DNA from: a virus
Taxonomy: Duplodnaviria; Caudoviricetes
Virus record (IMG/VR): IMGVR_UViG_3300017565_000020
Location: 6,998 to 70,997 of that record
DNA: 64,000 nucleotides
Direction: 5' to 3' (one strand)
Positions 25,822 through 36,445 of the stretch are shown here, piece after piece. The notes under the pieces were generated by a model, which made no database searches, was not told the DNA's origin, and saw only the letters and a list, made by a program, of their open reading frames with translations. Positions within the stretch are counted from its first letter, which is position 1. Each line of letters opens with the position of its first letter. Both the position numbers and the translations under genes were made by a program.

Positions 25822-26508
25822 ATGAAATACTTTATCGACACGGAATTTATTGAAGGATTTAAAAAGCCCATAAAATGGCTGCCTACCATTGGTAAGTTCA
25901 ACAAACCCTATCACTTTATTGATTTAATCAGCATTGGTATAGTTTGCGAGGATGGGCGGGAATATTACGCCATATCAAATGAGTTTGACCCATCAGATGC
26001 AGATGACTGGGTGAAGGAAAATGTACTTAGACCTATGGCTGAGGAATACGAAATATTCGATTTTGACCCGTCAGTGGTAAGGTCTATCCGAAATCTACAA
26101 AGGGAGTATGGCAAAAGTAATAAGCAAATAGCTAATGATATAAGAGAGTTTGTATTGCACCCCTGGCACTCTGACAGAAGATATGGTTTTGATTATAGAT
26201 CAGATGCTGAATTCTACGCCTACTATGCAGACTATGATTGGGTGGTTTTCTGCTCCTTATTTGGTCGAATGATTGACCTGCCAAAAGGCCTTCCAATGTA
26301 TTGCCGGGACTTGAAACAGATGCTGGATGAAAGGGCAATAAAAAATATGAAATTCTTCGCTGAACAGGGATTGGCTGAGTTAACATTTGAGCAAGCACTT
26401 AAAAACACCAAAGGTAATCCTCACTATCCAAAACAAGAAAACGAACATAACGCCTTAGATGATGCCCGTTGGAACCAGAAGTTGTATCAATTTCTTTCCG
26501 GGGTTTAA
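25822..26508 (+). CDS. 3'-5' exonuclease (DEDDh, Rv2179c/DUF5051-like)
   Basis: MKYFIDTEFIE, DLISIGIVCEDGREYYA, YADYDWVVF, EHNALDDARW. Confidence 0.85.
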   Translation: MKYFIDTEFIEGFKKPIKWLPTIGKFNKPYHFIDLISIGIVCEDGREYYAISNEFDPSDADDWVKENVLRPMAEEYEIFDFDPSVVRSIRNLQREYGKSNKQIANDIREFVLHPWHSDRRYGFDYRSDAEFYAYYADYDWVVFCSLFGRMIDLPKGLPMYCRDLKQMLDERAIKNMKFFAEQGLAELTFEQALKNTKGNPHYPKQENEHNALDDARWNQKLYQFLSGV

Positions 26509-26549
26509 CATTTAGCCTGAATTGTATGCGTACAAAGTGAAAATAAAAT

Positions 26550-28652
26550 ATGGAGAGTAATTATACATACGAAATACCGCATATCATTTCCGATAAGACC
26601 ATTAAAAAATCGGTAAAGGTGTGGGAGTATGATGTAACTATGCCGAAATCGCCTCCATTAAAAGAATACGTCAACTTCGGGTTGCCGGAAAAAAAACAAA
26701 AATTTCACCGAACCGAACTACCACGCAACCTGAGAACACTGCCCCGCGAAGAGCGTGATAAAATCATAGACCTTGAATTTCAGCGCCGGTACCACGGCAT
26801 TTGGATTTTAGTAAAAGGGTATCCGCTATGGATACCCGGTTTGTATTACTATTACCTGAACTACTGGACCATGGAAGATGGCGGCAAGCCTGAATTCTGT
26901 ATCCATGATCTATTATGGTTTTACTGGTGGCACTATATCGTTAATGATTCCAAATGCTTTGGTGGGTATGATATAAAGCCCCGGCGTGTGGGAGATACAG
27001 AAAAGGCACTTTGCGTGATTTATGAATATTGCAGCCGTGTCAGGAACGTTCGCGGCGGTATGCAGAATAAAACCGGTGACGACGCCTTTGAAAACTACAT
27101 GCGGCTTATTAACGCCCATCAAAATATGGTCTGGTTTTTCAAGCCGATAAACCAGGGAACCACGGAGCCAAAAAAAGGGTTGAAGTTCCGGATGCCGGAA
27201 AAGAAAATCACCTCAAAGGGACTGTCGGATGAGGAAAAGGAAGAATATAACATTGCCGATGAAGAGGACAATATCAGGGCCTTAAATTCATCTATTGACT
27301 ACAAGCCCACGGTAGAAAAAGCCTACGATGGCAAGCGCCGTGAGCGTTATCACCTGGATGAGGTTGGTAAGATGGATGAGCAGGATATGGACCCAACCGT
27401 AGCGTGGGGCACGTATGTAAAACCTACGCTCACCCTGAAAAACGGTTCTAAAATAATCGGCAAGGGTATTGTAACCACTACGGTTCAGGAAATAAAATCG
27501 TTAAAGAGCCTGGAATATGCCAAATGGTTCTGGGATGGTTCAGACCCCGCAAATATTAATAAGAACGGTTCTACCTCTACCGGTCTGCTGCGTATTTTTC
27601 GTGATGCCATTACCTGTGGAAATTACGATGAATTTGGATTCCCGACCGTTGAGGAAAACATCGCGTTCATTGAAAACGAGGTTGCCCACCTAATATCCGA
27701 AGGCAAGTTAAAGGAAGCCATTGAGTTCAGGAGAAAATACCCGCGTAATATTGACGATGCGCTTACACCTTCTGCCGAAACCTGCCTGTTTAACGCCGCT
27801 GGTATTTCGGCGAAAATCATGGAAATTCAGAATTACACCAATTCTAAGGTACGGCGTGGCAACCTGGTATGGGTAAATGGCATATTTGGTGGCAGCGTTG
27901 AATTTATTGACCATCCGCAGGGGGATTTTGAATTTTCAGAGTTGTTTGCCGACCCGTCGGAAGCGAATAAGAAAATCCATTACCCCAGCAAAGGCTTCGG
28001 TCCGGGTAATTACCATCGCTATTGCATCGGGGTAGACCCATACGACCATGATACTACCAATGACGGACGTATGTCAAACGGTGCTATCTGCATCTTTAAA
28101 AAGCATGATTTCTCGTTAGACGGGCTGCTCGACAGACAGGATGAAGACCAGGTACGGCAGATGAAAAGCAACCGTTTCGTGGGCATATACTGCATCCGGA
28201 AAGATTCGGCAGAGCTGCTTTATGAGGATGCCCTGAAAGCGGCTATTTATTTTGGCTGCGAGGTGCTTGTTGAAACCAATAAGCCCGGATTAAGAAATTA
28301 CTTTAATAAATATGGTTTTGCCAGGTACCTGATGTTCAGACCGGAAGAAACCAAAACCAGTTCAAACAATAAAAAGAACGAGGTTGGCGCCGCATCAACA
28401 GTATCGCTTATAGACCAGTACCTGGAAGCTATACAGGTTTATACCGCCAACTACTGCCCATTGGTAGAGCATTACAACCTGCTTAAAGACTGGCAGGCAT
28501 TTACCCGGGCAAAACGTACCAAACATGATTTAACTGTAGCCAGCGGCTTTGCCTTGCTTGGCGCTAACAAGCGTTATGCGAAGTTACCCGATGAAGGGAA
28601 TGAAAATTCCATTAACTCACATTGGTTCCACTCATTCAAATTATCAGCGTAA
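26550..28652 (+). CDS. terL: Terminase large subunit
   Basis: Walker A-like IKPRRVGDT, Walker B YHLDEVGK, nuclease IGVDPY and C-terminal HDLTVASG. Confidence 0.88.
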   Translation: MESNYTYEIPHIISDKTIKKSVKVWEYDVTMPKSPPLKEYVNFGLPEKKQKFHRTELPRNLRTLPREERDKIIDLEFQRRYHGIWILVKGYPLWIPGLYYYYLNYWTMEDGGKPEFCIHDLLWFYWWHYIVNDSKCFGGYDIKPRRVGDTEKALCVIYEYCSRVRNVRGGMQNKTGDDAFENYMRLINAHQNMVWFFKPINQGTTEPKKGLKFRMPEKKITSKGLSDEEKEEYNIADEEDNIRALNSSIDYKPTVEKAYDGKRRERYHLDEVGKMDEQDMDPTVAWGTYVKPTLTLKNGSKIIGKGIVTTTVQEIKSLKSLEYAKWFWDGSDPANINKNGSTSTGLLRIFRDAITCGNYDEFGFPTVEENIAFIENEVAHLISEGKLKEAIEFRRKYPRNIDDALTPSAETCLFNAAGISAKIMEIQNYTNSKVRRGNLVWVNGIFGGSVEFIDHPQGDFEFSELFADPSEANKKIHYPSKGFGPGNYHRYCIGVDPYDHDTTNDGRMSNGAICIFKKHDFSLDGLLDRQDEDQVRQMKSNRFVGIYCIRKDSAELLYEDALKAAIYFGCEVLVETNKPGLRNYFNKYGFARYLMFRPEETKTSSNNKKNEVGAASTVSLIDQYLEAIQVYTANYCPLVEHYNLLKDWQAFTRAKRTKHDLTVASGFALLGANKRYAKLPDEGNENSINSHWFHSFKLSA

Positions 28653-31042
28653 TGAAGGATTTTGACCTGAAACAAAACTATCCAATGCCGGACGATAACA
28701 TGGACCCGGAATTGAAGAAAGATAAAAGCTATTACCTGGCCTGTGTGAAACATTTTTACATGCTTTACACCCAGAACAAGTGCCTGGTGCCTTATTCCGG
28801 CGATGAAAAAACGTTTGAACTGCTCCGGGCATACGGGGCAGGCCGTCAACCGATACATACCTATTTAGACCAGTTATACCCGATAGACAGTTTTCAGCGG
28901 AAACGGAACATCGCCTTCAGTAATATTTCAAAAAGTATTGTTAAGGTAATTCCGAAGTTTAAGCATACGTTACTGGGAATTTTCCTGCAACAGGAATACG
29001 AATACATTGCCGCGTTCATAGACCCCGCCTCATCCAAATTAAAGGAAGAAGAAAAAGGCTGGCTGAAATGGCGACTGAATAATGAATTTCAGAAATTTAT
29101 GGATGAGGTAGGTATGAGGCCCAGTCGCGATACACAGTCGCAGGATATGCCTCAATTCAATACCGAACGGCAAATCGATACTTTTTTTGAGCAGGGCGGA
29201 TTCCAGTTGGATGTGGAGATAGCTATCAAAAACCTGCTCGACATTACCCGTGATGACAGTAAATGGGATACGGTTTTGTTATTAAAATTCCTGAACGATA
29301 TTCTTGACCTCGGCATGTGGGCCTGCGAAGATTACGTGGATACCGACATGCGTGTAAAGGGTAAATATGTAGACCCAGCCCGGTTAATTTGTCCGTGGAG
29401 TGAACTTCCGGACCATTCTGACAAAGATTTTGGCGGCTACCTTGGAGAAGTAAGCGTCAGTGAGCTACGGCGTAGCGGCGAGTTTTCAGATATTGAAATC
29501 ATCAATATCACCAAGGCGTATGCCGGCAGAAACGGGAATACTTCATATCCTGCCGATTTATATACCTCAACCCAGCAATATTACAATCAATATAAGTGTT
29601 ATCCTAACGACGATATGCGGGTAACCGTAATGACGATGTACTGGGTAAGCCCGGATACAGAAAAATATACCACCGTGACCAACAAACGCGACGGAACCAC
29701 GGTAACCCGTAAGGTGGATTTTGATTATAAGCTGAGGGAACGTTCTAAACGTGAGGGTAAACTGCTGAACACCGGCAGCGTAGATTTTGTACAGCGCTGC
29801 AAATGGATTGTGGGCACCAATTACGTTTATAATTGCGGTAAGCTTGACTTTGTTCCCCGTGAGATAAAGCGGCGTTCAAACGGTTCCGTTTTCCGCCGGG
29901 CTGTGGTGCCTATACACGTTACCCGCTTAGAAGGACCCAGTATGGTAGAAAGCTGCAAGGAAGCTGCCGACCAGATACAGCTTGACGTGATGCGGCTCCG
30001 GGTTTTGAAAACCAAAATTCCAAGCGCTCCGGCCGTAGCCGTGGTAAAGGAAGCCCTTGAAGGTATTACGCTTGGAAACGTTAAAATGGGGCCACGCGAC
30101 CTGATGGACATGTTCCAGGAAGACGGATGGCTGATATTTCAACGGTTGGATGATTTTCAAAACCCCAATGGCGCCGGAAATCCCATTATACCGATAGATA
30201 TGAGCAATATCTACAACCTCATTAAAACCTACCGGGAGGAAATTAACGCTTCATTTTCAGATATACGGAGCCTGACCGGTATCAGCGAGATTGTAGATGG
30301 CACCACGCCGGCCCCACGAACAGGATTAGGGGTGGCCAATATTTCCGCTTCGGCAACAAACAATGCCATTTATATCTGGAAGCAATGTTACGAAATGGGA
30401 TTCCTTAATTTCCTGAAAAACGCTACACTTCGCTGGCAGATTGTTAACCAGACCGAAGATATCGAGGCAATTTACCGTCCGTATGGTTCTGAAACCACAA
30501 AATCCATATCGTTGGTTAAAAATTCGCTCAACGGCGAATGTGCACTACGCATACAACTCATGTCTACGGCGGAAGAGCGCAATTTGTTATTACAGGAAGC
30601 CAATACCCTGAAAAATAACAGAGCTACCCAGAATACGGGCGGAATAACGCCATCGCAGTATATTATGGTTGCCAGGATATTGCGTTCAGGAAACCTGCTG
30701 CTCGCCCAGCAAATGCTGGCCGTGTACGAGGAAGAAACCCGCGAGAAAGATATACAGCAGCAGATGGCGCTGGCCAATAATAAAGCACAGCAAGACCAGC
30801 AAAGCGCACTGGTTGCCCAGCAGGCTTCCCGCGAAACCCTTGCTTTTGAGTATGACCTCAGAACCAAATTCATGATCAGGGAACAGCAGGAAATCCGAGA
30901 AACCAAATTACTTGAAAAAGGCATGGCGCATAAAACCACGATAGACAACACGTTGGCAGGCCGGGGAGAGCTGCCGCCTGAGCCGCAGGTTCAGCAGCAA
31001 ATTCAGCCTGAGCAAATATCTCAACCCGAATTACAGCAATAA
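28652..31042 (+). CDS. Portal protein
   Basis: Large ORF coupled to terL by TAATG; helical, Q-rich C-terminal barrel-like tail. Confidence 0.8.
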   Translation: MKDFDLKQNYPMPDDNMDPELKKDKSYYLACVKHFYMLYTQNKCLVPYSGDEKTFELLRAYGAGRQPIHTYLDQLYPIDSFQRKRNIAFSNISKSIVKVIPKFKHTLLGIFLQQEYEYIAAFIDPASSKLKEEEKGWLKWRLNNEFQKFMDEVGMRPSRDTQSQDMPQFNTERQIDTFFEQGGFQLDVEIAIKNLLDITRDDSKWDTVLLLKFLNDILDLGMWACEDYVDTDMRVKGKYVDPARLICPWSELPDHSDKDFGGYLGEVSVSELRRSGEFSDIEIINITKAYAGRNGNTSYPADLYTSTQQYYNQYKCYPNDDMRVTVMTMYWVSPDTEKYTTVTNKRDGTTVTRKVDFDYKLRERSKREGKLLNTGSVDFVQRCKWIVGTNYVYNCGKLDFVPREIKRRSNGSVFRRAVVPIHVTRLEGPSMVESCKEAADQIQLDVMRLRVLKTKIPSAPAVAVVKEALEGITLGNVKMGPRDLMDMFQEDGWLIFQRLDDFQNPNGAGNPIIPIDMSNIYNLIKTYREEINASFSDIRSLTGISEIVDGTTPAPRTGLGVANISASATNNAIYIWKQCYEMGFLNFLKNATLRWQIVNQTEDIEAIYRPYGSETTKSISLVKNSLNGECALRIQLMSTAEERNLLLQEANTLKNNRATQNTGGITPSQYIMVARILRSGNLLLAQQMLAVYEEETREKDIQQQMALANNKAQQDQQSALVAQQASRETLAFEYDLRTKFMIREQQEIRETKLLEKGMAHKTTIDNTLAGRGELPPEPQVQQQIQPEQISQPELQQ

Positions 31043-31087
31043 TTTTTAACTAAAACCTTGTGGTGTACAGGTAACCACATTAATAGT

Positions 31088-32119
31088 ATGGAAAATACAG
31101 ATGAATTAAAAAATGCTTTAAATGAGTTTCAAAACGAGGGTGTTCTTGTGAAACAACTAAAATCAGATGATGGCAATATTGGTGATTTAAACAAGGAAAG
31201 ATGTACTGAAGGCTCAGTTAATACATGTAGTCCAAAGCCAACACTTCGGGAATTGTTTGAAAAAGAAGAACCCACCAATGGTATTAAACTACCCGAATGG
31301 GATGGATTCTGGTTCAAATCCGGTGATGTAGTGTACGTGTTTACCAAAGAGCATCAGCTTTTAAATTCTCCACAATATGAAAAATACGGAGACCGTACGG
31401 ATTGGGAAAATATTGGTGGTGAAACCTCATGGGCTGAACCCTTCTTAAAAACCAACAGAGTAAGAATTGACGAAATTATACAGAAGGTTGAGTTGCATTT
31501 GTCAGCTAACCGAGCAACATCCATGGCAAAGACCAAGCTCCGGGAGGCGTTTATGTGGATTGGCATAGAACTTGGCCATATTGGTTCGGTAAATCCGTAT
31601 CCTAAATCTATGGATGCAGGCAGTCCGATAATTGAAAAACCGGCAGATTTAAAAATATCGTCAGAGTCCGGACTAATGGAAGCTCTCGGAAGATTGGATG
31701 AAACCGGAGTAACCAAACAACTCAGGTTGGAAATACAGCATTCTTTAAATATTATTCGTTGGTATTTACGAGCAGGAATTCCTAAAAAAGAAGAAGGATA
31801 TCCTGCATACATGGCTATTGACAAGGCACTTGTTGAAGCAAAATTGTGGTTGGGCCAGCACTTGAATTACATCCGTATCAGACAATTAAATAATTCACTT
31901 AATAATAATCTTACCGGAGCCCCATCGGGTATGACCACACATCAGTACCTGGCCCGAAGATTATATGATGTTTACTGCGAGGCCGTAGGAGGAAAGGCAT
32001 TTAACGGCGACCCGCTACCTAAGTCGGAGGAATTTTTCAATGACGAAAGCAAGCGAAAGCAGGCCAATGCGTGGTTGGCTGCTTCAGGGGAAGCGTTTAG
32101 TTTCTTCAATTCAAAATAA
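31088..32119 (+). CDS. Multidomain accessory protein (DUF2829-like region, two helical-hairpin repeats, C-terminal domain)
   Basis: GFWFKSG..RTDWE; RATSMAKTKLREAFMW and AYMAIDKALVEAKLW repeats. Confidence 0.6.
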   Translation: MENTDELKNALNEFQNEGVLVKQLKSDDGNIGDLNKERCTEGSVNTCSPKPTLRELFEKEEPTNGIKLPEWDGFWFKSGDVVYVFTKEHQLLNSPQYEKYGDRTDWENIGGETSWAEPFLKTNRVRIDEIIQKVELHLSANRATSMAKTKLREAFMWIGIELGHIGSVNPYPKSMDAGSPIIEKPADLKISSESGLMEALGRLDETGVTKQLRLEIQHSLNIIRWYLRAGIPKKEEGYPAYMAIDKALVEAKLWLGQHLNYIRIRQLNNSLNNNLTGAPSGMTTHQYLARRLYDVYCEAVGGKAFNGDPLPKSEEFFNDESKRKQANAWLAASGEAFSFFNSK

Positions 32120-32151
32120 CTGTTATAAGTGCACACAAAATTTTCCAAAAT

Positions 32152-32175
32152 TTTGTGTGCATACTTTGTGTAATT
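32152..32175 (+). promoter_or_regulatory. 24-bp motif, copy 2, overlapping a 16-bp inverted repeat (32129-32162)
   Basis: TTTGTGTGCATACTTTGTGTAATT upstream of the scaffold gene. Confidence 0.7.
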
Positions 32176-32210
32176 AAATAAAATTTATTTTTAACTTTAA
32201 CGCGATAACC

Positions 32211-33518
32211 ATGAGTACAGTAGCAACAGATACTACCAAGGACGAACCGAAGGATATAGAAACAACCGGCGGAGGAACGCCACCTTCCGCAGAACCTGTT
32301 TCTACACCTGAAACTACAGCATCCCAATTGCCGCTAAATGACCCTATTAGCCGGGCTAAAAGGGTATTAGGGGTAATCAATGATACCAACCAAGATGGAA
32401 ACCAGGAAACCAAGCAGGATTCGAAAAAGGATGCGCCGGGCGCAGTAAAAAATCCAAAGGATAATGCTTCTGATCCGGGTAAACAGCCGGGAACTGATAA
32501 AACAGATCCGCAGCCTGCATTTAATGTATTACAGTGGTTGAAAGAAACCCATAACATTGAATTAACAAGTGAGGATGATTTTAAGAAACGGCTGTCCGCA
32601 TTTGACGAATTAAAAACCATTACTGAACAGCGAAACCAGTTTGAGGCTAAACTCAAAGAAACTGCCGAGCAGTTGGAGAAGTCTAAAATTGAAGACCCGT
32701 ACGTACTTAAATTACATGATTTAAGGAAGAACGGCGCCACAACTGAACAGCTCAGGGCTTTTAACTTCGTGAATGAACTTGGCGATATCAGCACACTGGG
32801 AGATGCAGACAAAATTAAACTGCAATTAACCCTTGAAAAGGGATACACCGAAAAACAGGCTGATGCTTATATCCGTCGTTATTTTAACCTGGAAGCACCT
32901 GATGCCAACAACTTTGAAGCACCTGAAGATTTCGATGCAGCCATGGATGAATTCCTGCTGGCGGAAGCTGAGGTGAAGGACAAGGTCAGGTCGGCAGAAA
33001 AGTTTCTGAACGGTTATATTGCCTCCGCAAACGATCCGCTTGCCGGTAAAAAACAGGAACAGCTTGACCAGCAAAAGGCGCATGAAGCCTATATAAAACA
33101 GGTTGAGGCGCTGGCTCCGAAAATTGCTGAACAGTTTTCAACGTTAACGGTAAACCTGAACCCGGCAGCGAAAGAGGGAGAGGATGCCAGGGCATTTGAT
33201 TTCGGTATTGCAGACGACTTCAAAAAGGAGATACCTAATCTCCTGGTTGAATATTATAAAAATACGAATACCAAACTCGACGAGGATGGTATTAAGTCGG
33301 GGTTGACGTACGTTCAAGCCATGGCTAAATCTTATCAATACGATCGTGATGTTGCAGCGGCTTATGCACACGGAGCTTCTACCAGAGAGGCTGAATTGCG
33401 GGCTGAATATGACCGTAACGGTTCATTTGTACGTTCAACAACACAACCATCTGACCGCCAGGAAAGCGCCTTTGAAACATGGAGGCGAAAGAAATTAACG
33501 GGACAGGGTGCGTCTTAA
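32211..33518 (+). CDS. Putative scaffolding protein
   Basis: Acidic and coiled-coil; directly upstream of the capsid gene. Confidence 0.6.
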   Translation: MSTVATDTTKDEPKDIETTGGGTPPSAEPVSTPETTASQLPLNDPISRAKRVLGVINDTNQDGNQETKQDSKKDAPGAVKNPKDNASDPGKQPGTDKTDPQPAFNVLQWLKETHNIELTSEDDFKKRLSAFDELKTITEQRNQFEAKLKETAEQLEKSKIEDPYVLKLHDLRKNGATTEQLRAFNFVNELGDISTLGDADKIKLQLTLEKGYTEKQADAYIRRYFNLEAPDANNFEAPEDFDAAMDEFLLAEAEVKDKVRSAEKFLNGYIASANDPLAGKKQEQLDQQKAHEAYIKQVEALAPKIAEQFSTLTVNLNPAAKEGEDARAFDFGIADDFKKEIPNLLVEYYKNTNTKLDEDGIKSGLTYVQAMAKSYQYDRDVAAAYAHGASTREAELRAEYDRNGSFVRSTTQPSDRQESAFETWRRKKLTGQGAS

Positions 33519-33554
33519 CTGTAAATAACAAACCACAAAAAGAATGACACAGAG

Positions 33555-35015
33555 ATGTACACTCCAGATATTCCCGCAGCTTCACTGCCGGGAGGATTAA
33601 AACCCGCCGCATTTGCCGGCGTTCACTCACAGGCGATATTGACCGATTACGACCTGTACTCGCCACAGGAATTAACCGTTTTATTTGAGCGCCATGGTTA
33701 TAAACCAGGTTTTGCCATGATGCTTGACGTTTTTGGGTTCAGTAAACCCGGAAATGGAGACCATGTAGGGCACTGGGAGGCAGATTGGAAAATTGACAAT
33801 ATTACCGTTGGTAGTATCATCACCGAATCTGAAGGTCCCGGTACAGCGATTGTTATTGAGCTGGATGCAACCAATATGATCGCCTCTACCATTGGCGGAA
33901 CTACCGTTCGCGGTTCATATCCTGTAGAGGGAGACCAGATTTATTTGCCCAACGGGGACAAGGCTTTTGTAGATTCAAAAAATATTTCTACAAACCCTCA
34001 CCGGTTAACCTTAAAGCCCACCCGCCAGACCGTTGACCTTGCCACCTCTATTGTAGAGGGCGGAACCTATTTTATTTCCGATAATGCGCACCCGGAAGGC
34101 AGCGGACAACCACAGGGACGTATCAGCCGCGTTATCAAATACAAAAATACTTATCAAATCATTAAAGAGCGTGTTTCGGCAACAGGTTCTGAAATGACCA
34201 ATAAGGCATATTTTGAGCCGGTTGAAGGCCGCGAAGGTTCGTTCTACCTGAAAAGCCAGCAAGATACCAATTACCGGTTCGAGGTGGCAAAAGACGGCGC
34301 CCTGATTTTCGGTCAGCAGATTGACAACATTACCAAGAATGTTGATGGTTTAGGCTATTCCGTACCGGTACAAGGCACACAGGGTCTGCTTGACTTCGGT
34401 CAGAAGAACGGTTATACCGATGAGTTTGACTCTTCGAACTATACTATCGAAGATTACGACGATATTGGCCGTATCTACACCAAAGAACGTATCCCGCGTA
34501 AGGATATCATGGGTATTCATGGCTATGAGCACTTCCTGCTGGTTGAAAATGCCGCGGTAGAGTTTGTACAAAATACCATGGTTGATTTCACGGTGAAGAA
34601 ATACTTCGGTATAGATAAGATGGAGGATTATAACCTGGATGCCAGTGATTTTGCCCTGAACATCGGCTTTAACTTCATCAAAAAAGGTGGATACAGCTAT
34701 GTGCATAAATCCTGCGACGCGTTCAATGACCCGAACTACGCCGGAACAGCCGGATATGATTTTCCATTCCTGGCTATTTATATGCCATTGGGTAAAACCA
34801 AAGACCAGCAAACCAATACTGAAATTCCTTCAGTAGGCTACCACTATAAATCGCTTAACGGCTACAATCGTAAAGCTGAACTGTGGAACACCGGTGGTGC
34901 CGGCCCCATCACCAAAACCGATGAATTTGATATTATGCACACCAATTACCGTTCAGAAATTGCATTTCACGGTGCCTGTGCCAACCAGATCATCATACAG
35001 CGGCCTGCCGCATAA
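33555..35015 (+). CDS. Major capsid protein
   Basis: Position after portal and scaffold, 486 aa, followed by a strong terminator. Confidence 0.8.
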   Translation: MYTPDIPAASLPGGLKPAAFAGVHSQAILTDYDLYSPQELTVLFERHGYKPGFAMMLDVFGFSKPGNGDHVGHWEADWKIDNITVGSIITESEGPGTAIVIELDATNMIASTIGGTTVRGSYPVEGDQIYLPNGDKAFVDSKNISTNPHRLTLKPTRQTVDLATSIVEGGTYFISDNAHPEGSGQPQGRISRVIKYKNTYQIIKERVSATGSEMTNKAYFEPVEGREGSFYLKSQQDTNYRFEVAKDGALIFGQQIDNITKNVDGLGYSVPVQGTQGLLDFGQKNGYTDEFDSSNYTIEDYDDIGRIYTKERIPRKDIMGIHGYEHFLLVENAAVEFVQNTMVDFTVKKYFGIDKMEDYNLDASDFALNIGFNFIKKGGYSYVHKSCDAFNDPNYAGTAGYDFPFLAIYMPLGKTKDQQTNTEIPSVGYHYKSLNGYNRKAELWNTGGAGPITKTDEFDIMHTNYRSEIAFHGACANQIIIQRPAA

Positions 35016-35026
35016 TTCCCAATCCG

Positions 35027-35059
35027 AGTACTTCCGGACAGTGTCCGGAAGTACTTTTT
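35027..35059 (+). terminator. Intrinsic terminator after the capsid gene
   Basis: 13-bp stem AGTACTTCCGGAC/GTCCGGAAGTACT plus TTTT. Confidence 0.88.
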
Positions 35060-35083
35060 AATTAACCTTAAAATTTTAACGAC

Positions 35084-36439
35084 ATGTTTTTAATTGACGA
35101 AAAAAAGCAGGACGAAAACGCACTGATTAAAAAGTTTAAACTTGAAAAGTATTTCAGGGATCGCCGTGCCGTTTTTGTGCTCAACCCTAACTTAATCACC
35201 AAAGACGAATTAAATAACCGTGAAACGTCTGGTGCAGGAACAAGGATGCTGCCCTATTACAGGGTTTTTGATGCAGACCTTGGAATGGATGTGGAAATGC
35301 GGTATTGCAAAAGCAATGCTTCTAAAAAAACTAAAGAGGGCAATTACGTGCCCAATTATAAACCCCGGAGATTTGATTATACCGGCAAGCAAAAACAGGT
35401 GTTTTCTACCGATGAATTCCTGTTTTTATACCTAAACCCCAAATGCCTTAACAGTCCGTTTTATGTAAAAGGCACCGCCTGGATGTACAAGCTGAAAGAT
35501 GTTGAAGCAGAAAGTCAGATTGTTCTGAACAAAGGCAAATTGCTTCAGGAGTGCCTGGAGTGGATCAATGAATTGCCCGGAGCGGAACTTCGTATCAAGG
35601 CGAAAGCTATGGCCATATCAGACAACGCGAAATTGAAAGCGCATTTTACCGGGGCTAAAAAACTTACCGATGGTGAAATACGGGCCCGGCTGACCAATGC
35701 CGCTATTGATATGCCCGAAGTATTTCACAAGGTATTTAACAATGTTACCAATGACTTTTACGGCGCTATACAGGAAGCGATAGACCAGGGTGTAATTGTG
35801 AAGATTCACGACGGAGGCCGGGATAAATGGAAGTTCAGCAAAGGAATTTACAAGGATGTTGATATCTGTACCGTTCCCGCCGGGATAGACGCGGAATTAA
35901 CCCTTAGAGATGCCATTGCCAGCGATATGAGCAATTTATGGCTGAAACTGAAGGAAAGTATTGCTGCTATCGATATTGAGCGAAAAATATCCGGGTTTAC
36001 TTCCGAATCGCTGAACGAAAGTACAAACCAGGCAATGAATATTGCGCATCAAAATCACGTTGCGCCTGTCAATTGGCCTGTAGTGTTAAGCACCAGTGCT
36101 ATTGTTTCCAAGGCCATTGACGCCGATATTATTGGTTACGACCGCAATTTAAAAACCTACAACTTCATTGATGAAGAAGGGTTTCCGGGTGAGTTGCTTT
36201 ACGATCATGAAAACGGTGATCCGAAAAACCACCGGGCCAGCTTAGTGGAATTCCTGGATACCGAGGAAGGCGACCAAATGCTGGATAAATTAAAGGAATT
36301 GCTTGGCATAGATGAGGTTGTTAACGAAACAGGGGACAATGCCGGGAAAATGGTTAATGATTTAACCGCCAATGGTGTGATTGCAACAACCCCGAAAACA
36401 AACAACAATAACAAAAGAGGTCCTAAACCCAAAAAATAA
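35084..36439 (+). CDS. Virion-associated or assembly protein of unknown function
   Basis: Long ORF after the capsid gene. Confidence 0.6.
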   Translation: MFLIDEKKQDENALIKKFKLEKYFRDRRAVFVLNPNLITKDELNNRETSGAGTRMLPYYRVFDADLGMDVEMRYCKSNASKKTKEGNYVPNYKPRRFDYTGKQKQVFSTDEFLFLYLNPKCLNSPFYVKGTAWMYKLKDVEAESQIVLNKGKLLQECLEWINELPGAELRIKAKAMAISDNAKLKAHFTGAKKLTDGEIRARLTNAAIDMPEVFHKVFNNVTNDFYGAIQEAIDQGVIVKIHDGGRDKWKFSKGIYKDVDICTVPAGIDAELTLRDAIASDMSNLWLKLKESIAAIDIERKISGFTSESLNESTNQAMNIAHQNHVAPVNWPVVLSTSAIVSKAIDADIIGYDRNLKTYNFIDEEGFPGELLYDHENGDPKNHRASLVEFLDTEEGDQMLDKLKELLGIDEVVNETGDNAGKMVNDLTANGVIATTPKTNNNNKRGPKPKK

Positions 36440-36445
36440 AACGGC

